Source: an uncultured delta proteobacterium (lineage in GTDB: Bacteria; Myxococcota; Myxococcia; Myxococcales; Myxococcaceae). From it: a stretch of 64,000 nucleotides of DNA. Of the stretch, positions 58,299-64,000 are shown piece by piece. The stretch's first letter is position 1; every line of letters begins with the position of its first letter. The stretch covers positions 416,001 to 480,000 of the forward strand of contig CAVQKE010000003.1 in NCBI GenBank assembly GCA_963713045.1. Direction: 5' to 3'. The notes beneath the pieces are model-generated. The model saw only the letters and a list, made by a program, of their open reading frames with translations. It did not search any database and had not been told where the DNA came from. The position numbers and the translations under genes were made by a program.

Positions 58299-60667
58299 TT
58301 AGTCGTCCTTCTTTTCGGGCAGCGGCGTGAAGGTGAAGGGCGTGGCGAACAGCTTCACGGTTTCTCGCCTCGCCATCTCGCGTCCGCGACCCCCGCGGGC
58401 GGAGAGCTCGTAGCGCCCGGGACTGAGCAACAGCTTTCGGCCCTTGCTGGTTTCCAGTTCCAGTCCCGCGTCTTTCTTCGACGTACATAGAAAGGCAAGC
58501 ACCCGGTCATCCTTCTCGAGTTTGATGACTGTCACCCCTCTTCCCGGGCCCGAGAGCTCGTTCACCTCATTCACTTTGCAGACCAGTGCTCGGGCCTTTT
58601 GTGTCACGACCGCGAGAAGGTCGCGGGGGGAGGCTGGTGCCACGCCGATGACCTCGTCCTCCTTACCGGGCCGGGCATAGCGTCGACCGGCGCGGGTGCT
58701 CACCTCCTGATGCGGGGCGAGGGCGAAGCGGAGGCCGTAGCCCCGGGCACTGACAGCCACCAGCGTCTCAGGCCGCTCGAGGCGCTGGTCAAGCGACAGC
58801 GCGCCCACCACCCGTTCGCCGTCGTCAAATTTGAAGAGTTTTTGCACCGGATCGCCGTAGCCAGTGGAAGGTGGGACGTCGTTGAAGCGCGTCACATACG
58901 CGGTGCCAAAGTTGGAGAAGAAGACGACGTTGGACTTGAGCGAGCCGGCCAAGACGGCCATCACCTCATCGCCCTCGCGGAGACGGGTGGAGGTGGGGTC
59001 TTTGACTTCGCGCACCCGCTTAATCCAGCCATCGCGCGAGAGCACGACGTGGCTGTCCTCCTCGGCGATGAAGGCCTCCTCGGTGTACTCGACTTCCTCA
59101 CCAACGCCGCCGATGCGGGTGAGGCGCCTGTCGGCGTAGGCCTTTTGCACTTCTTCCAGCTCCTCCTGGACGACGGCCCACCGCTTCTTGGGGTCCTTCA
59201 GGACTGCGGCCAAACGCGCCGCCTCGGCGCGCCTTTCCCGGAGCTCCTTCTGGATGACGAGGATTTCGAGGCGCGCCAGCTTGTAGAGCTTCATCTCGAG
59301 AATCGCGTCGACTTGCTCGGCATCAAGAGAGAAGCGGTGGATGAGTTTACTGGCGGCGTCCTGCTTCCCATCCGACTTGCGAATGATGCGAATCATCTCG
59401 TCGAGCGCATCGTAGACAACCTCGAAGCCCTCGAGGATGTGGAGCCGCCTTTTGACCTCGCCCAACTCGTACTGGTGGCGGAGTGTCACCACCTCGAAGC
59501 GAAAGGCGAGGAAGTGCTGCAGCATCGCCTTCAGGTCGAGGCGTTGTGGCGTCCCGACGTCGGCTTGCCGACTCGGCACCAAAGCGGTCAGATTGACGTT
59601 GAAGTTGGACTGCAGCGGCGTGTGTTTGAAGAGGTACGCCATCACCATTTCCGGGCCGGCATCGCGCTTCAACTCGAGGACGATGCGCACGTCCTTGGTG
59701 CTCTCGTCGCGCACGTCCGTGAGCGGGGCGAGCTTCCGCTCGCGGACCAGCTCGCCAATTTTGGAAGTCAACGTGGACTTGTTCACCGCGTAAGGGATGG
59801 AGGTGACAACGATTTGCTGCCCGCCTCGGGGAAGCGCCTCCACTGTCCACTCGCCCCGCACCCGGACGGAACCCTGTCCGGTCTCGTAAATCTCCCGGAG
59901 CTCCGCCTTGCTGTTGAGCACCTGGCCGCCGGTCGGAAAATCCGGACCCTTGATGTGCTTCAGTAAGTCGCGGAGCGCGGTCTCCGGTTTCCTGACCAGC
60001 TCCCGGAGCGCCTCGCACAGCTCGCCCAAGTTATGGGGGGGACGTTGGTGGCCATCCCCACCGCAATGCCGGTGCTGCCGTTCATCAGCAGTTGGGGCAC
60101 CTTGGAGGGGAGAACGACCGGCTCGGTCGTGCTGTTGTCGTAGGTCGGCCGGAAGGGAACCACGTTCTTTCCCAACTCGGCGAGCATTTCGCTGGCGAGA
60201 GGCTGAAGCCGACACTCGGTGTAACGCATCGCCGCGGCGGCATCGCCGTCGAGCGAGCCGAAGTTTCCATGTCCGTCCACCAGCGGGTACCGCAGCGAGA
60301 AGTCCTGGGCGAGACGAACCAAGGCGTCGTAGACCGCCGTGTCGCCGTGCGGATGGTAGGAGCCGAGGATGGTGCCCACCACCTTGGCGCATTTCATGAA
60401 CTTCGCGTCTGAGGTGAGCCGGTGGTCGTGCCACATGCCATACAGAATGCGGCGCTGAACGGGCTTCAGGCCATCTCGCACGTCGGGCAGCGCCCGCGCG
60501 GTGATGACCGAGAGGGCGTAGTTCAGGTAGCGCGTGCGCGCTTCCTCGTGCAGCGCGGCGGTCGGCTCCTCTTTGCCGCCTCCACCACTGGCGCCTCCGG
60601 CCCTGCCGGCACGTCCGCCACCCCGAGTCGCGGGCTTTTCCAACGCCATCTTCAGCTGTCTCGCCAT
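58299..60667 (-). CDS. parC: Type IIA topoisomerase A subunit (ParC-like), split by a one-base deletion in a G7 run at 60035-60041
   Basis: [29 protein letters not shown] (catalytic Tyr), [12 protein letters not shown] then HNLGEL...GPDFPTGG in the next frame; no canonical GyrA-box. Confidence 0.85.
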
Positions 60668-60906
60668 GAGCTCGTGAACCAGAGGGAAAGGGATGCGGGC
60701 CTCAATGGACACCGCGACACTGCACAAATCTTTAGAAAATTCAGTTGTTTAGATGCGTTGTAGCACCCTGAAGCATGGCCATCCTACCGGGGGCCCCCGA
60801 CCTGTAAAGCATTCGGCGTCCAGCCGCCACCAGACGCGGCCTTGCATCCGAGGCTTGCGGTTGACATCCAGCGCAGCCACAGGCCGTCCGCACCAGGAGG
60901 GTTGCC

Positions 60907-61896
60907 GTGGAACAACGCACGCTCGGGAGCAGTGGCATGCGCGTCGGGGCACTGGGCCTCGGCTGCATGGGGATGTCGGACTTCTACGGGCCCACCAACG
61001 ACACCGAGTCCGTGGCGACAATGAATCTCGCCCTCGACCGAGGGGCCAACCTTCTCGACACCGCGGACATGTACGGCTACGGGAAGAACGAGGAGCTCGT
61101 CGGTCGGGTGGTCCGGACGCGACGCCGGGAAGTCGTCCTGGCCACCAAATTCGGGATTGTCCGTGACCCCACCGACCCGACCAAGCGTCGCTTCGACGGG
61201 CGACCTGAGTACGTTCGCTCAGCCTGCGATGCGAGTCTCAAGCGGCTTGGCGTGGACGTCATCGACCTCTACTACCAGCACCGCGTGGACCCGACGGTGC
61301 CCATCGAGGAAACCGTTGGCGCGATGGCCGAGTTGGTGACGCTCGGCAAGGTGCGCGCGCTCGGCCTTTCCGAGGCGGCCCCGGAGACTCTGCGGCGGGC
61401 GAGCGTCGTGCACCCCATTGCCGCCCTGCAGAGCGAGTACTCCCTCTGGACACGGGACCCGGAGGACGGGGTGCTGGCCGCCTGCCGTGAGCTGAACATC
61501 GCCTTCGTCGCCTACAGCCCCCTGGGCCGGGGATTTCTCACCGGTGCCATCCGCCAAGTGCAGGACCTCGACGCGGGCGATTACCGACGTCAGACGCCGC
61601 GGTTTCAGGGCGACAACCTCGCCGCCAATCTCAAACTGGTCGAGCAAGTCGAGAAGCTGGCGGCGAAGAAAGGCTGTACGCCGGCACAGCTGGCATTGGC
61701 CTGGGTGCTCGCTCAGGGCAAGGACATCATCGCCATCCCCGGGACGAAGCGTCGCACACGCCTCGAGGAGAATTTAGGCGCCCTCGGTCTTCGCCTCAGC
61801 CAGGAAGACATCGCAGGGCTCTCGGCCGCCTTTCCGCGCGAGGCGGTTGCCGGCCCGCGCTACCCCGAGGCGATGTTGCGAGGGGTTGGCCGTTAG
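60907..61896 (+). CDS. Aldo/keto reductase
   Basis: [48 protein letters not shown]. Confidence 0.95.
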   Translation: MEQRTLGSSGMRVGALGLGCMGMSDFYGPTNDTESVATMNLALDRGANLLDTADMYGYGKNEELVGRVVRTRRREVVLATKFGIVRDPTDPTKRRFDGRPEYVRSACDASLKRLGVDVIDLYYQHRVDPTVPIEETVGAMAELVTLGKVRALGLSEAAPETLRRASVVHPIAALQSEYSLWTRDPEDGVLAACRELNIAFVAYSPLGRGFLTGAIRQVQDLDAGDYRRQTPRFQGDNLAANLKLVEQVEKLAAKKGCTPAQLALAWVLAQGKDIIAIPGTKRRTRLEENLGALGLRLSQEDIAGLSAAFPREAVAGPRYPEAMLRGVGR

Positions 61897-62152
61897 AGCC
61901 TTCCCCGTCACTGCATCCTCTTCTTTCAAGCATCGCGGTGAAGGCCTGACGGCGAGAAGGCTGGCAGGCCGACCGCAACCCATTCCGGCCCGGGGCCATG
62001 CGGGAGCGCCGCCCCACGGCCTCCGCCACCGCCGGCTCAGGAATGTGCCCAGGGCTAACGCAGAAGCACAGTGCAGCCAGAGGGTGGCTCTGCTATGAAG
62101 GGGTGTCTGTTCCTGGGCGGGCCTAGAGTGACGGGCCGGCCGCGGGGCATCC

Positions 62153-62224
62153 CCGGCGAACACGGGTGAGAGGACGGCGTCCCCCAGCACGTGGGGCGCC
62201 CCTTCCCTCGTGGTGTTTCGCCGG
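62153..62224 (+). promoter_or_regulatory. Long stem-loop in the rho 5' leader
   Basis: CCGGCGAA/TTCGCCGG, CACGGG/CTCGTG and GGCGTCCCC/GGGGCGCC nest around a short loop; ends 30 bp before the rho ATG. Confidence 0.55.
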
Positions 62225-62254
62225 TTCCCAAAACAACCGCTGCACAAGGTCACG

Positions 62255-63769
62255 ATGAGCGACACCGACAACAACCATCCAGCCGAGGCCCTCCCGCAGG
62301 CGCCGTCGGTTCCCGCCGCCAACGAGGCCGAAGACGAGGGCGGCGACGATGGGGGCGCTGAGGATGTCCCCGAACCCAGTGTGCCTCAGGTTGGCTCTCC
62401 CGGCCCGGCCGGGCCGGCCGAGAGCTCCGGCCAACTCGGCGGTGGTCGACGCCGACGCCGACGTCGACGTCGAGGGCGCGGCGCCCCGGTCCTCTTTACC
62501 CCAGAGGGCCAAGCCTACCGTCTGACGATGGGGCCCGACGGCCAGCAGACCCAAGTCTTCCTCTCTCCGGCTGAGCTTCAGGCTCACCAGGCCCGCAGCA
62601 CGCAAGGGGGCGGTGCTCCCGGGGCGGCCGGCAGCGCGCAGCGCCCAGCCCCCCAGCCACATGTTTCCCAAGGCCTGGTCACTGTCGAGGGGGTCCTGGA
62701 CACCGAGGCCAAGGGGCCCAACGCCTTTCTCCGCCAAATTAAACGCAACCTGCTGGCCGGTCCTGAAGATGCGGAATTTCCGAAAAATCTCGTGCAGAAG
62801 CTGCGTCTTCGACCCGGGCAGTACATCAGTGCTCAGGCCCAGATGCGCGGCCCGAGGGGCGTGGTCCAGCGGGTGGACACCGTCGATGGGCTTGCGCTGG
62901 AGGTCGCGGCGCGGCTTCCACACTTCGGAGACCTGACCAGCATTGACCCGATTGAACGCATCAAGCTCGAACATGGCCACCGCGAGATGGTCACCCGAGT
63001 CCTCGACCTCATTGCACCGCTGGGGAAGGGGCAGCGGGCACTTATCGTCGCGCCGCCGAAAACGGGCAAGACCATCATGCTGCAGCGCATCGCCCAAGCT
63101 GCCATTGCAAACCACCCCGAAATCCACGTGATGGTCCTCCTCATCGACGAACGTCCAGAGGAAGTCACCGACATGCGCCGGAGCATCAAGGGCGAGGTCC
63201 TCGCCTCCAACGCAGACCGTCCCACCGCCGACCACCTCAAGGTGGCTGAGCTGGCAATGGAGCGGGCGCGGCGGATGGTGGAGGCAGGCAAGGACGTGAT
63301 GATTCTTCTCGATTCCATCACGCGCTTGGCGCGGGCCTACAACAAGGAAGTCGACAGCTCAGGCCGAACCCTGACTGGCGGCGTGGACAGCCGGGCGCTC
63401 GAGCGTCCAAAGCGACTCTTCGGCGCGGCCCGGGCCACCGAGGAAGCCGGTTCACTGACCATCGTCGGCACAGCCCTCATCGACACCGGAAGCCGGATGG
63501 ACGAAGTCATCTTCGAGGAATTCAAGGGAACCGGAAACAGCGAGATTACGCTCGACCGGATGCTCGCCGAGAAGCGAATTTTCCCCGCCATCAACATCCC
63601 GCAGTCCGGGACCCGCAAGGAAGAGAAGCTCTTCACCCCGAGAGAGTACGAAAAGGTGAAGAAGCTGCGGCAAATGCTCTTCGCGGTGAAGCCGGTGGAG
63701 GCGATGGAGGCGCTGGTCAAGCGACTCGCCCGGTCCACCTACAACGACGAGTTTCTTGAGGAGCTTTAG
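62255..63769 (+). CDS. rho: Transcription termination factor Rho with N-terminal low-complexity extension
   Basis: PLGKGQRALIVAPPKTGKT, LIDERPEEV, LLDSITRLARAYN, EEFKGTGN; ATG at 62255. Confidence 0.97.
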   Translation: MSDTDNNHPAEALPQAPSVPAANEAEDEGGDDGGAEDVPEPSVPQVGSPGPAGPAESSGQLGGGRRRRRRRRRGRGAPVLFTPEGQAYRLTMGPDGQQTQVFLSPAELQAHQARSTQGGGAPGAAGSAQRPAPQPHVSQGLVTVEGVLDTEAKGPNAFLRQIKRNLLAGPEDAEFPKNLVQKLRLRPGQYISAQAQMRGPRGVVQRVDTVDGLALEVAARLPHFGDLTSIDPIERIKLEHGHREMVTRVLDLIAPLGKGQRALIVAPPKTGKTIMLQRIAQAAIANHPEIHVMVLLIDERPEEVTDMRRSIKGEVLASNADRPTADHLKVAELAMERARRMVEAGKDVMILLDSITRLARAYNKEVDSSGRTLTGGVDSRALERPKRLFGAARATEEAGSLTIVGTALIDTGSRMDEVIFEEFKGTGNSEITLDRMLAEKRIFPAINIPQSGTRKEEKLFTPREYEKVKKLRQMLFAVKPVEAMEALVKRLARSTYNDEFLEEL

Positions 63770-64000
63770 GGAAAAGCGACGGACCGCCTCTGCACACGCC
63801 CGTCACGGGGGACTGGCGAAGTCAGTCCGGGGCACCACCTCCGCCACCTGGGCGTCGCTCGAGGAAGCCCTGAGCCTTGAAAAGAGGGTGGCGGCCGTGG
63901 CGGCACCCCGGCTCTCGGCCACGGCGTGCTCGGGCGAACCGGCGCCGATGAACGCTGAGCGGCTTGGGGCAAGCCACAGACTGATGTGTCTTCCACTTCC

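Noticed and set aside
62447..62473. CGACGC/CGACGT tandem repeat in rho
   Set aside because: Explained by the poly-Arg coding tract; not a separate repeat element.
63810..63828. Hairpin GGACTGGCGAAGTCAGTCC after rho as an intrinsic terminator or ZTP riboswitch
   Set aside because: No U-tract follows, and the rest of the riboswitch architecture is absent.
63766..63996. 76-aa minus-strand ORF at the window end
   Set aside because: Pro/Arg-rich with no motifs; cannot be supported without downstream sequence.

Overview
GC-rich chromosomal window from a myxobacterium, inferred from gene content (Myxococcaceae-like). It is mostly core, syntenic content: acs; a MoaD-MoaE fusion; a MYXO-CTERM surface protein paired with an outer-membrane beta-barrel; the uppS-cdsA-rseP-rlpA-tsaB-asd-like operon; a Ser/Thr kinase with RluA; dinB; pcnB; the gliding-motility cluster cglC(gltK)/gltB/gltA/gltC followed by plsX and a HAD-type phosphatase; a PilZ protein; a ParB-like gene plus an NtrC-type sigma54 activator directly upstream of a complete type II secretion operon (gspCDEF-smallORF-GHIJKLMN); topoisomerase IV-like parC-parE; an aldo/keto reductase; and rho. 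I found no tRNA, rRNA, CRISPR array, integrase or transposase. Most interesting observations: (1) the T2SS operon and the MYXO-CTERM/beta-barrel pair each carry a sigma54 -24/-12 promoter plus a similar 13-bp TGACA-N3-TGTCA-like upstream box, suggesting one regulon linking the secretion machine to its cargo; (2) a 47-aa membrane ORF between gspF and gspG that the ORF track misses; (3) apparently degenerate proteins (Asd without its catalytic Cys, a sigma54-activator-like protein without GAFTGA, an orphan GspG domain without a prepilin site); (4) an in-frame RlpA-TsaB read-through; (5) a long hairpin in the rho leader; (6) recurrent D-[AG]-G motifs in exported proteins. Single-base frameshifts split uppS, pcnB and parC and are probably sequencing-consensus errors. 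Gene names and M. xanthus synteny come from motif recognition and memory, not database searches.
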